NCBI GenBank assembly: GCA_014435945.1
Contig: GCA_014435945.1_4088.1
DNA length: 64,000 bases
From: a phage
Direction: 5' to 3' (one strand)
Position 1 is the stretch's first letter. Each line of letters opens with the position of its first letter. The notes under the pieces are model-generated. The model was given only the letters and a program-made list of their open reading frames with translations. It made no database searches and was not told the DNA's origin. Of this stretch, positions 54,265 to 63,429 are shown piece by piece. The position numbers were made by a program, and so were the translations under genes.

Positions 54265-55403
54265 CCCTTTTACAAATATATGAAGATTTAATGCACTTAT
54301 GTAATACCCGTGAGGCTTTCTTTTATGTGGATCATAAAAGTCCTGCTGGTGGAACATATCGTGTATTCAGTTATCGTCTAGCATCATATACCGATTTCAT
54401 GCAACCCAATGCATTAGAAACCCGTGGTTCTATGTGGGAAATTGATGAAGACGGTGATATGATTCGTTGTGCTGCTCGTACTATGAAAAAGTTCTTCAAT
54501 GCTTACGAAAATCCTGCTACAATGTTCCCTGCTGATACCTCATTCGATGACATTGCAGTAGTGATGCCTAAGTTGGATGGTTCAGTAATCAGTACTTACC
54601 GTGATAATGATGGTGTAATTCGTTGTAAATCACATACTGCATTGTATTCAGATCATGCGATTAACAGTACTCGTCTTCTCAATGAGAACCAAAATTTGTA
54701 TCAATACATTGACGAAGCAGACCGTTTGGGCTATACTGTTAATCTGGAGTATACAAGTCCAGAGTACCGTATTGTATTACCATACCAGGTTGAACAATTA
54801 TTTGTACTAAACGTTCGCCATCGCAAGAGTGGTGAACTATTATGTGGTTCTGCATTACGTAATAAGTTCCCATGCCTTGCACAGTACAGTACTAACATGA
54901 CAGGTAAAGATATTCATTACACTTTCCCTGCTCGTGCTACATTCAAAGAAAGTGTTGAAGAAGTTAAGAAAATGCTTGACATTGAAGGTTTTGTGTGCAT
55001 CCTAAATAATGGTACAATGTGCAAAATCAAAACCGACTGGTATTGTTCTTTGCATTTAACGAAAGACAGTATTATAATCGATTCCCATTTATATGAAGCT
55101 GTATTAAATGGTTCGAGTGATGATTTAAAACAGTTGTTCAGTACTGACGAATATGCTACCCAAAAGATATTAAGAATGGAACAACTAGTCTTTTCGTGCT
55201 ATAATGCTTTACAAGATGAAGTTGAAAGCTTCGTCAAGGAACACAAGCACTTGGAGCGAAAGGAATTCGCTAAGAAGGTTCAGGAGTGTTTAACTAATGA
55301 ACTGAATCGTCAGGGCTTGGCCTTTGCAATGTACAACAATAAGAAAGTCGATTACAAAGAGACTCTTATTAAGTACATGAAAATTGTACTAAAGGATTTT
55401 TAG
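54261..55403 (+). CDS. rnlA: RNA ligase 1 (T4 RnlA-like)
   Basis: Collinear with T4 Rnl1: CNTREAFFYVDH, GGTYRVFSYRLASY, ETRGSMWE, KxDGS lysine motif MPKLDGSVISTY, KIKTDWYCSLH; 380 aa. Confidence 0.85.
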   Translation: MTLLQIYEDLMHLCNTREAFFYVDHKSPAGGTYRVFSYRLASYTDFMQPNALETRGSMWEIDEDGDMIRCAARTMKKFFNAYENPATMFPADTSFDDIAVVMPKLDGSVISTYRDNDGVIRCKSHTALYSDHAINSTRLLNENQNLYQYIDEADRLGYTVNLEYTSPEYRIVLPYQVEQLFVLNVRHRKSGELLCGSALRNKFPCLAQYSTNMTGKDIHYTFPARATFKESVEEVKKMLDIEGFVCILNNGTMCKIKTDWYCSLHLTKDSIIIDSHLYEAVLNGSSDDLKQLFSTDEYATQKILRMEQLVFSCYNALQDEVESFVKEHKHLERKEFAKKVQECLTNELNRQGLAFAMYNNKKVDYKETLIKYMKIVLKDF

Positions 55404-55432
55404 TACTATCTAGCCTAGCACAAGGAGAAGTG

Positions 55433-55687
55433 ATGGCTAAACCTAAGTATAAAAATGACGGTTCCCTTTCTCCGACAGAATTCAGGAAAATACAAGAAGA
55501 AATCGATGAATTACAGCACAAACGCTCTAAGAAAGGTGTGAAGATTAGTAAGAAACGAATCGAGAATACTTTCGGGTGTAGTAGTACTGAATACAAGAAG
55601 AAAAGGAAACCAAAAGGTGTTAAGCCGAGAATACATGATGTAACTCGCTATACATCGAAACGTGAAAATAAATTCGACCCACTATAA
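55433..55687 (+). CDS. small highly basic protein (84 aa)
   Basis: AAGGAG 5 nt before ATG 55433; Lys/Arg-rich. Confidence 0.55.
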   Translation: MAKPKYKNDGSLSPTEFRKIQEEIDELQHKRSKKGVKISKKRIENTFGCSSTEYKKKRKPKGVKPRIHDVTRYTSKRENKFDPL

Positions 55688-55696
55688 GGAGTTCAT

Positions 55697-55933
55697 ATGA
55701 AAGTTGAAGTTCAGCATAGTATTGTTCAGGATATGTCAGTAGTTAAATTTCTTTCCTTGAAAGATTATTTCAGATGTATCAAGTTCCTAGAAGAATCTCA
55801 ATTACAGTGGACCCCATTAAAGTACAGTTCATCCAATGATACTGCTAGTATTCGTTGTGATGAATCTGTACTTGTGAAAATCTCCAAGCGATTTGGGATT
55901 GGGAAATACAATGATAAACAATGCACAAAGTAA
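55697..55933 (+). CDS. small hypothetical protein (78 aa)
   Basis: ATG 55697 after AAGGAG. Confidence 0.6.
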   Translation: MKVEVQHSIVQDMSVVKFLSLKDYFRCIKFLEESQLQWTPLKYSSSNDTASIRCDESVLVKISKRFGIGKYNDKQCTK

Positions 55934-56222
55934 TTTACTATATATAAAGTCAGTAGAAGCTGAAATTAAAAATTCAGTACAAACTATCGTCGATGAAATG
56001 ATTGACAAATACAAGAGCAATCTTATTGGAAAGAAAGTCAGATGTTGGGATTACACATTCAAACACTGGTACGATTCCGAGATTGTGAAAGTTGATGTGA
56101 ATACTGATAGTAATGGTCTAATTAATGGTATTGCGTATATTGGTGTTTTAATACGCAAGGGAACACCACAGGAATGGCTCACATATCATAATATAGAGCA
56201 TGTTAAATTTTTAGAGGATTAA
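55911..56222 (+). CDS. F4 small paralog protein
   Basis: Motif KYKSNLIGKKVRCW; start 55911 uncertain (track 55893). Confidence 0.5.
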   Translation: MINNAQSNLLYIKSVEAEIKNSVQTIVDEMIDKYKSNLIGKKVRCWDYTFKHWYDSEIVKVDVNTDSNGLINGIAYIGVLIRKGTPQEWLTYHNIEHVKFLED

Positions 56223-56225
56223 AGG

Positions 56226-57158
56226 ATGCCAACTATCACACTAACAGTTGGATTGCCAGGGTGTGGTAAAACTACATGGGCAGTGCAAGAGATTAAAAAA
56301 GCCAAATCCAAGACTATCAACATCAACCGTGATGATATTCGTGAATCTATGGCTGGGTCACATGATGCTTACAAATTCAACGATGCTAATGAGCAGTACG
56401 TAACTAATTTACAGTTCAGTGCAGCAAATTCAGCCGCAGAGAATGGTTGGAACATCATCATATCCGATACGAACCTTAAACAACATTTCCGTAATCTATG
56501 GAAAGTATGGGCTACAGATAATGGTTATGATTACAAAGAAAAGAATTTCTATGATGATTTTGTACCTAATGAAGACCGTGGTGCAGATGTTCATGAATTC
56601 TTTAAGATTAAAGAGTTCGTAAAACTTTGTAAGAAATATAACCTCCAGCGTGAGCGTTCAGTACAAGATAATATCATTGACACTATGGCAGATACGTACT
56701 ATTATAGTAAGGCATTACACATTGGTTACTATGGTAATTCACGCGAAGCTGCTATTATCGTTGATATCGACGGTACTCTTGCTCATAAATGGGGACGTAA
56801 CCCGTTCGATGAAAGTACTGTTCTCCAGGACACACCAGACGAAGAAGTTATTTTGTCTATTATCGCAGAAGCAGTTTTTCATAAACGCAAGATTATCGTC
56901 ATGAGTGGGCGTACTGAAGGGTGTCGTGCTGATACCGAACAGTGGCTTAAGAATTGGGGTATTCCTTACGATGCATTGTTTATGCGAGACATTGATGATA
57001 AACGTCCTGATGATGTTGTCAAATTCGACCTGTACATGAAAAATGTGGTTGATCATTACGATGTTAAAAAGGTATATGATGACCGCAATCAAGTTGTGTT
57101 CATGTGGCGTAAGTTACTTGGGTTGAAAGTTTTTCAAGTGGCTGAAGGAAATTTCTAA
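56226..57158 (+). CDS. pseT: polynucleotide 5'-kinase/3'-phosphatase (T4 Pnk-like)
   Basis: P-loop GLPGCGKTT, NINRDD, ISDTN, phosphatase DIDGTLA and DDR motifs; collinear with T4 Pnk over full length. Confidence 0.88.
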   Translation: MPTITLTVGLPGCGKTTWAVQEIKKAKSKTININRDDIRESMAGSHDAYKFNDANEQYVTNLQFSAANSAAENGWNIIISDTNLKQHFRNLWKVWATDNGYDYKEKNFYDDFVPNEDRGADVHEFFKIKEFVKLCKKYNLQRERSVQDNIIDTMADTYYYSKALHIGYYGNSREAAIIVDIDGTLAHKWGRNPFDESTVLQDTPDEEVILSIIAEAVFHKRKIIVMSGRTEGCRADTEQWLKNWGIPYDALFMRDIDDKRPDDVVKFDLYMKNVVDHYDVKKVYDDRNQVVFMWRKLLGLKVFQVAEGNF

Positions 57159-57163
57159 TACAA

Positions 57164-57194
57164 AAGGGATCATATATTGGTCCCTTTTTCTTTT
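57164..57194 (+). terminator. rho-independent terminator
   Basis: AAGGGATCA-tatat-TGGTCCCTT stem-loop followed by T-rich run. Confidence 0.7.
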
Positions 57195-57225
57195 AAGGTA
57201 CATTATAGTGAATGTAACAACACAG

Positions 57226-57384
57226 ATGTTATTACGAAAAGACTACTTAGAAAATATAGAACGATACTATAGATTGTCTTTGTATGAAAATAAGCATAAA
57301 AATTATAGTTTTGATAAACTACTAAATTCTAGTACTGAAGATTATCTATTTTCATCAATGTTTTATGTGAGAGGATTATTGTAA
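57226..57384 (+). CDS. small hypothetical protein (52 aa)
   Basis: Unlisted ORF filling gap; stop overlaps next start (TAATG); weak RBS. Confidence 0.3.
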   Translation: MLLRKDYLENIERYYRLSLYENKHKNYSFDKLLNSSTEDYLFSSMFYVRGLL

Positions 57385-57644
57385 TGGATAAATTTCACAC
57401 AGATATATCACAGATAGGTAATCTTATCAATAGTCTAATTACTGATTTAGAAGAAAAGTACTTAGGACGAAATGTATACTTAGAAATGTATGAAACATAT
57501 GGTGTTATTGATATGATTTATTACAGTGCATTGAAGTATGAAATACGTTTAACTGTATGTTTATATGAAAAAGGTACATTTAAAAGAAGTACTGCAATTC
57601 GCCAAGTTGGAGTTGATGACATGGAATTATACGAGGAACACTGA
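57384..57644 (+). CDS. F4 small paralog protein
   Basis: Motif EEKYLGRNVYLEMY. Confidence 0.55.
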   Translation: MDKFHTDISQIGNLINSLITDLEEKYLGRNVYLEMYETYGVIDMIYYSALKYEIRLTVCLYEKGTFKRSTAIRQVGVDDMELYEEH

Positions 57645-57895
57645 TGTTTGAGCAGGACTTAGAGCTATTCAAAAGTTATGTCGAGTACTTAGTTACATTA
57701 GAAAAAGAGCTAACGACAAAGTACAAAGGTATTCGTGTTCTGTGCTGGTATGATGATTCGGATTATAAACGTGAACTCACCATTGACCGAATCTATTTCA
57801 TCGACGGTGTATTGAATGTGCATGGTGTAAATGATTTTGGACATTCATATACTTATTCGAATAATGCTAAATTCAAGAGGATTGACAATGAATGA
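57644..57895 (+). CDS. F4 small paralog protein
   Basis: Motif TKYKGIRVLCWYDD; ATGA-type overlap. Confidence 0.55.
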   Translation: MFEQDLELFKSYVEYLVTLEKELTTKYKGIRVLCWYDDSDYKRELTIDRIYFIDGVLNVHGVNDFGHSYTYSNNAKFKRIDNE

Positions 57896-58190
57896 GTACT
57901 ATCAAAATTTATTCAATTACATAAAACTAATAGATGATCTTGCTTTCGATTTTCTTAGTACTGATAAAGTTGGTGAGCCTTTATATTATGATTGTATTGG
58001 AACACTTTGTTCAGATGAAAAGAATATATTAGAAAATAAATTACCGTCATCACAGTGCTTAATCAATGGTTCCAAAGCAGTAATAACTGATGTTAATTTT
58101 TATAAATCTCTTAATACTATTTGTTATGTATTCAATAACACTGTGTTTAAACATGTAACAAGTAATATTAAATCTGTGAGGTTCTTATGA
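57888..58190 (+). CDS. hypothetical protein (100 aa)
   Basis: ATG 57888 overlapping upstream stop (track 57831). Confidence 0.5.
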   Translation: MNEYYQNLFNYIKLIDDLAFDFLSTDKVGEPLYYDCIGTLCSDEKNILENKLPSSQCLINGSKAVITDVNFYKSLNTICYVFNNTVFKHVTSNIKSVRFL

Positions 58191-58483
58191 ATTTAAAACT
58201 TTTGTTAGAACAGGTACATTTATTGTATAGCTGTGCTGATGGTTCTGATAAGGAGTATAGTGAAGTTTATTTAGAACTGTTTAGAACGGAAATACACATA
58301 ATTAGAAGATACTTAATTGATAATAAAACTGAAGTAAAAGTTAGATACCATAATGGTACTTTAAAGAATGGTATAATTATTGGATTGATAGTTACACGAA
58401 TGTCTAGTAATATTAAAGTTGCAGTTAGATTAATGACTGATGATGGTGTCTACACCATAGAAGTAAGTGAGATTATATATTAA
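58187..58483 (+). CDS. hypothetical protein, F4-like
   Basis: ATGA overlap; KTEVKVRYHNG resembles F4. Confidence 0.5.
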   Translation: MNLKLLLEQVHLLYSCADGSDKEYSEVYLELFRTEIHIIRRYLIDNKTEVKVRYHNGTLKNGIIIGLIVTRMSSNIKVAVRLMTDDGVYTIEVSEIIY

Positions 58484-58789
58484 ATGGATATACAAACATT
58501 CAATAAACTAAAGTACTATGACAATGGTTTTGCTATTATCATTGATGAACTAGATGGAATACCATATGAGTATCATAATGATGTAATGAAGATAGTAAAA
58601 AGTATTTGTAATGATTTAAAAACTATTTTCGAAAATGAATATGTATACGACTTAGGTACAAACAATAAGAAACTATACATAAAGAAATTCTGTGGAACGC
58701 ATTGTGGTCTGATGGTTGATTTAGGTTTAAGTGCTGACAACAATTTCGAAGCATGTAGTTTATATCTGGATGAAATGCGAATCTCATGA
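58484..58789 (+). CDS. hypothetical protein (101 aa)
   Basis: ATG immediately after upstream stop. Confidence 0.5.
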   Translation: MDIQTFNKLKYYDNGFAIIIDELDGIPYEYHNDVMKIVKSICNDLKTIFENEYVYDLGTNNKKLYIKKFCGTHCGLMVDLGLSADNNFEACSLYLDEMRIS

Positions 58790-58806
58790 GACATATCTTG
58801 ATTCGG

Positions 58807-58815
58807 TGATATAAT
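58807..58815 (+). promoter_or_regulatory. extended -10 promoter element
   Basis: GTGATATAAT with TG 58807-58808 and hexamer 58810-58815. Confidence 0.4.
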
Positions 58816-58846
58816 TTCATTACAACACTGACATGGAGTAGTTGTT

Positions 58847-59176
58847 GTGAATAACGATTTTTTAAAAATGTGGGAAAAAACAATAGTAATTCTATCTAGT
58901 TCATTAATGCACATTATCAGTACTGATAATTCTTATAGTTCACATACATTTGATTTAATATGTAATAACTATGTAAATGGTATATCAGATGAAATATGTC
59001 CATTCATTGCGTATTCACCGGATGGTATTGAAGAATTTAATATATGCAACATCAGTTGTGGTTTTGGTGATTGGCTTGTGTTAAATGATCGAGGTGGAAT
59101 ATGTTTATACATCGAAGATATTGGTAAATTTATATACAAAGGAGTAGAATATGTTAACAATCGCAGCAGTTATTAG
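58847..59176 (+). CDS. hypothetical Cys-rich protein (109 aa)
   Basis: GGAG 8 nt before GTG 58847; in-frame ATG at 58868 is an alternative. Confidence 0.45.
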   Translation: MNNDFLKMWEKTIVILSSSLMHIISTDNSYSSHTFDLICNNYVNGISDEICPFIAYSPDGIEEFNICNISCGFGDWLVLNDRGGICLYIEDIGKFIYKGVEYVNNRSSY

Positions 59177-59747
59177 TGTACTTGGTGTAGTTATTGCAGG
59201 TATGCTTGCATACAATTACAATCGTAGTGTTATCGGCTATGTACTACTTAGTCTAGTACTAACCCCAGTACTCACCATCGTTACTTTATTAGTTCTAGGT
59301 GAACGTAATATCAACTTCATGATTAATGATAAACGTGATCAGGTTACACCAGAACCTGAAAAAGTTATTCCTGAAGAACAAGAAGAACTTAAAGTTGAAG
59401 TTCAAATGCAAGTGAATGTTCACAATGCACTTGATGAAACTGATCCAAAAGTTAATGTTACTGTTGTTCCTGTCGTCAATGAAGTAAAGCCTAAAGCAGC
59501 ACCGAAAAGTACTAAAGCACCAAAGAGCACCAAGACTACAAAGAAAGCTCGCTATACTAAAGGGAAGAATAAAAACAAAGTCCAAGATGAACCACAACAA
59601 GGTACACACGACCATACTTCCCATATTATTACAGCAGCCACCACCGCAGCAATCGTAACGCCATATATCTCTTCTGCTGATACTGGTTCATATGATAGCT
59701 CTAGCTGTGATTCAAGCTCTAGTTCAAGTTCCGGTAGCTGTGATTAA
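59151..59747 (+). CDS. membrane protein with Lys-rich and Ser/Cys-rich tail
   Basis: Two hydrophobic segments at N-terminus, then KPKAAPKSTKAPKSTKTTKK and C-terminal SSSCDSSSSSSSGSCD. Confidence 0.55.
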   Translation: MLTIAAVISVLGVVIAGMLAYNYNRSVIGYVLLSLVLTPVLTIVTLLVLGERNINFMINDKRDQVTPEPEKVIPEEQEELKVEVQMQVNVHNALDETDPKVNVTVVPVVNEVKPKAAPKSTKAPKSTKTTKKARYTKGKNKNKVQDEPQQGTHDHTSHIITAATTAAIVTPYISSADTGSYDSSSCDSSSSSSSGSCD

Positions 59748-59749
59748 CA

Positions 59750-60082
59750 ATGAAACATCTTGCACAATATAATCAGTACTTGATTGCGTTGCATCAAATG
59801 AAAGATGATTTCTATAAAAGTGCAGAAACAGAACTCGTCGGTAAGATAGTAAAATTTACTGACGAGTACATCAACCGATATGCGGAAATGGACGATGATC
59901 CAGAGTATGAATCATACTACCAGTACATAAATTCCAATACAAGAATGAGAATTATTGAAATTATGAAATACGGTATACGTTTAATTGCACAAGTAGAATA
60001 CATCAATCACGATGCAATTGATGCCGCTGCCTTTGGTGATGAAATAAGTTTAGAATATCTTATTCAAGTTGATGAGGAATAA
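59750..60082 (+). CDS. F4 small paralog protein
   Basis: Motif ETELVGKIVKFTDEY. Confidence 0.55.
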   Translation: MKHLAQYNQYLIALHQMKDDFYKSAETELVGKIVKFTDEYINRYAEMDDDPEYESYYQYINSNTRMRIIEIMKYGIRLIAQVEYINHDAIDAAAFGDEISLEYLIQVDEE

Positions 60083-60084
60083 TA

Positions 60085-60300
60085 ATGACTACCTTTTTTG
60101 CAATATATGGATTTGTTGCGTTTTGCTCATTTATATGTAACTTTCTAGTACTGAATTGGAAATGTTTCAAAGATGAAATCATAACTGCAATGAGTCTACA
60201 ATCAGCAGCACTAATGGCTATAATTTGGCCTGTAACTATGGTGTATCTTTTTATCTCAATAACAAAAGATATCATATCCCACTTCAAGAGAAAGAAATAA
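60085..60300 (+). CDS. small membrane protein (71 aa)
   Basis: Two hydrophobic helices FFAIYGFVAFCSFICNFLVL and AALMAIIWPVTMVYLFI. Confidence 0.55.
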   Translation: MTTFFAIYGFVAFCSFICNFLVLNWKCFKDEIITAMSLQSAALMAIIWPVTMVYLFISITKDIISHFKRKK

Positions 60301-60551
60301 TGTTCAACACCGACTATTCACATTTGCGATATCTTATGTCTTTGGCTGATGATTTTATTAATGATTTGAAGCCGAAGTATATTGGACAAGAAGTATCTTT
60401 GATAAACTCAAGGGGTTATGGGAAGTACATTATCGCTGATATGTATATTAGCGGTGGTGAATGGCGTTTCAAAGTTAATACGTATCTTAAAGATGGTTCT
60501 TTTGCAGGTACACAAGTTACAAAACACACTAACATTATATGGTTGAAATAA
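60300..60551 (+). CDS. F4 small paralog protein
   Basis: Motif KPKYIGQEVSLIN; TAATG overlap (track 60225). Confidence 0.55.
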   Translation: MFNTDYSHLRYLMSLADDFINDLKPKYIGQEVSLINSRGYGKYIIADMYISGGEWRFKVNTYLKDGSFAGTQVTKHTNIIWLK

Positions 60552-60553
60552 TA

Positions 60554-61297
60554 ATGAAACATTTTTTGGAAATTACAGTACCGGATGATAAAGATTTATA
60601 TATCGTTGGTGATTTACACGGCAATGGAAAACTGTGGGATGCTACCAAGAAAGAATTTGGTATCACCAATAATGACTATGTTTTTTGTGTAGGTGATGTT
60701 ATTGACCGTGGTGACCAGAATTCCAAACTACTATTTGAATTCCTTTTCGGTGAAAACCGTTTTATGATTGCTGGGAACCACGAGATCATGTGTGTTGATT
60801 CTGAAACTCACCGTGACTGGCATCACTGTTGGGTACAAAATGGTGGAGATAAGTTCATTGATGAAGTTGGTGAGACAGGTATACAGTTCTTCCGTCAGTA
60901 CTTAAAGGATCTCCCTATGATTATCCAAATCAATCACCGAGGATTGAAGATTGGTCTAGTTCATGCTGGTGTTCCATTGGAATATACCACATGGGAACGT
61001 TTCGTTAGTGGGACAAAATCACTTAGTGCTGATATAATTGAGAAGTGCTTGTGGGACCGTGATACATTCGACTACTGCAAGAAAAATAACACATATTACG
61101 TCCCTAGACTTGATGGCATCCATTGCGTCTTTAGTGGTCATACCGCAGTATCCGACCCACTCATCTACGGTAATCGTATCTGGATTGATAGTCAGTTTTT
61201 AACTGGTGATTTGACTCTTGCAACTCCCCAAAGTGGCGGGATGAGATACTTACGTAAAGAAAAAGATGAGTATTCATTTAACCGCTTCAAAAGGTAA
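60554..61297 (+). CDS. Ser/Thr protein phosphatase (calcineurin-like metallophosphoesterase)
   Basis: GDLHG, GDVIDRGD and GNHE metal-binding motifs in canonical order; start 60554 or 60539. Confidence 0.8.
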   Translation: MKHFLEITVPDDKDLYIVGDLHGNGKLWDATKKEFGITNNDYVFCVGDVIDRGDQNSKLLFEFLFGENRFMIAGNHEIMCVDSETHRDWHHCWVQNGGDKFIDEVGETGIQFFRQYLKDLPMIIQINHRGLKIGLVHAGVPLEYTTWERFVSGTKSLSADIIEKCLWDRDTFDYCKKNNTYYVPRLDGIHCVFSGHTAVSDPLIYGNRIWIDSQFLTGDLTLATPQSGGMRYLRKEKDEYSFNRFKR

Positions 61298-61301
61298 TAA
61301 T

Positions 61302-61571
61302 ATGCATGATGATATTAAAAAATCATTGTATGATTTATATATTATGAAAAAAACCATCAATTCTATACTTGCCGACCAGATCAAACAGGTACGTAACTTC
61401 CTATCAAAAAAACTTATTGGTGCAGAGGTTAAATTCCATTACAAAAAAAATGTCGTGGTTGATGGTGTTATTAGAAGAGTAGTTACAATTTCAGACCAAA
61501 CAATATATGTTGAAGTTGAATATGATGGTAAATTATCACAATTAAGTACTGAAGATTTAACATTTTTATAA
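61302..61571 (+). CDS. F4 small paralog protein
   Basis: Motif SKKLIGAEVKFHY (track 61266). Confidence 0.5.
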   Translation: MHDDIKKSLYDLYIMKKTINSILADQIKQVRNFLSKKLIGAEVKFHYKKNVVVDGVIRRVVTISDQTIYVEVEYDGKLSQLSTEDLTFL

Positions 61572-61581
61572 GGAAATAGAA

Positions 61582-61809
61582 ATGAAAGTAATTCAAGTTA
61601 TGGTAGAAAAATACCAAACTGAAGATGGCCGTATTTTTGATTCAGCTAAACAAGCTGAACATCATGAACGTATTATTTCTGGTGCACGTAAAGTATGCCC
61701 TACATGTAATGGAACACAACAAGTACCATCTGAAGACTATCGCAGTTATTATGCTTGTCCACATTGTGATGGTAAAGGGTTTGTAGAAAAACAAGAGGTA
61801 TGGAAATGA
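61582..61809 (+). CDS. small zinc-finger protein (DnaJ-type CxxCxGxG)
   Basis: CPTCNGTQ and CPHCDGKG motifs; AAGGAA RBS. Confidence 0.6.
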   Translation: MKVIQVMVEKYQTEDGRIFDSAKQAEHHERIISGARKVCPTCNGTQQVPSEDYRSYYACPHCDGKGFVEKQEVWK

Positions 61810-62219
61810 AATTATATTGCTTAACAAACATGTACTGCCAAGGTGTACAAGCTGGAATTCAAGCATTTCATGCTGGCGTAAAACTAATTAAAGAATATGA
61901 AGGTACTGCTTTCAGTACTATTATTGATGAATGGTATTATGACCACGAAACTATTGTAGTACTAAATGCTGGCGGTCATGATAAGTTAAATTCTTATTAT
62001 GATGACCTTTGTAAGCAGGGAAAAGTGCCATTCGCTAAATTCAATGAAGCCGGATTAAATGATGCAACTACATGTGTAGCAGTACTGTGTACATCTGAAA
62101 TGGTTGAAGACATGTCTGTTATGCGTATGAATCTTCCTGCTGGGGATCAACTAATGCAAGTAAAATATGGTGCATTGTTTAACACATTAAAAGCAATTAG
62201 TACAATGAGGACTGTTTGA
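61806..62219 (+). CDS. hypothetical protein (137 aa)
   Basis: ATGA overlap at 61806 (track 61800). Confidence 0.55.
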   Translation: MKLYCLTNMYCQGVQAGIQAFHAGVKLIKEYEGTAFSTIIDEWYYDHETIVVLNAGGHDKLNSYYDDLCKQGKVPFAKFNEAGLNDATTCVAVLCTSEMVEDMSVMRMNLPAGDQLMQVKYGALFNTLKAISTMRTV

Positions 62220-63418
62220 TGGATTTTCCAGAGAAGTTATTTGTTGCTCGTTCGTATGTAAATCATAACCAAGTTACTGGTTACATTATAGATGCCACAA
62301 AATCGCACACAAAAGCGTTTGAGACTAAAAAAGAAAAGGCCGAGTACTGGGCTAAGAAAAACAATCTACCTTCACTATGGATTGATAATGTGCCTACAAT
62401 TGGGTTTTCTGTGGTACATAAGCTCACTGTTCATGCTCGTGAAACATACTTCACCATACGTCACCCTGAAGGTTTCGAGTTCTTGGTGAGTGCTAAAAAC
62501 ATGAACGACCTTATCATCAACAATGATATTGTTAAGGGTGTATTTGTTGAACCTATGTTCTTCAATAATAGTTTAGAACTAATTAACGGTAAAACTAAAA
62601 CCTTTGCTAAATTGGTTGAGAAGGAAAATAAGAAAGAACAACAAAAAGAAGTTGTTTCTAAATTGAAAGTGGGTGATGGTTTTAGACACAATAAAGAAGA
62701 TTACTATTATTGTGGTAAAGTAAATGCTATTTGTATCAAGAAAACTAAAGAGTTTTCATTTTCTGATAAGAGTTCCAAGTATCACTTAGTATATAATACT
62801 ACTCGTGGGACATATGCTCTTAATGCTCGTCTTGAAACTTATGCATTAGAACCAAGTGCTGCACTGAATGTGAAAACTACAGTTCAAGATGAAATTGTTA
62901 AAGCTAATGCATTTTGGCAAAATATCCAACGAAATCGCCATAACCCATTATGTGAAAGCAATGTACCAGTACTGATAAGTGATAAGTCGTTTAAAGCACA
63001 AGATTTGAAAGTAAAGTACGAAGAAATCAATCCTGATGATATAATGAGTAATGGACGATTCAACGAGAACGTACCGTTCATGTGTAAAGTTGATGAACAG
63101 GCATATCGTGTTTTCTTTGGTGTAAAGAACAATACAACCAGAAGTTATTATGGTCGTAATGGTGATTATATTCTTCAATACACTGATGTATTTGAACGAT
63201 ACAGTGCGTATCCAGTTGAAATTGATGCTAATGGCATTATGACAATGGATGTGGATTTAAACGAACATGTATCATTTGGTACATGGAATGGATACCGTTC
63301 TCCTTTCTTCCCACCAACAGAAAATAAAACATCATCAACTCGTTACTACCAAGAAAAACCTTGTCACGTCCAGCTATCACTAAGTAATACACTTTACATT
63401 GGAAAGTATTATCTATAA
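62216..63418 (+). CDS. hypothetical protein (400 aa)
   Basis: Long ORF with ATGA overlap; no recognised motif. Confidence 0.65.
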   Translation: MMDFPEKLFVARSYVNHNQVTGYIIDATKSHTKAFETKKEKAEYWAKKNNLPSLWIDNVPTIGFSVVHKLTVHARETYFTIRHPEGFEFLVSAKNMNDLIINNDIVKGVFVEPMFFNNSLELINGKTKTFAKLVEKENKKEQQKEVVSKLKVGDGFRHNKEDYYYCGKVNAICIKKTKEFSFSDKSSKYHLVYNTTRGTYALNARLETYALEPSAALNVKTTVQDEIVKANAFWQNIQRNRHNPLCESNVPVLISDKSFKAQDLKVKYEEINPDDIMSNGRFNENVPFMCKVDEQAYRVFFGVKNNTTRSYYGRNGDYILQYTDVFERYSAYPVEIDANGIMTMDVDLNEHVSFGTWNGYRSPFFPPTENKTSSTRYYQEKPCHVQLSLSNTLYIGKYYL

Positions 63419-63429
63419 GGGAATATATA

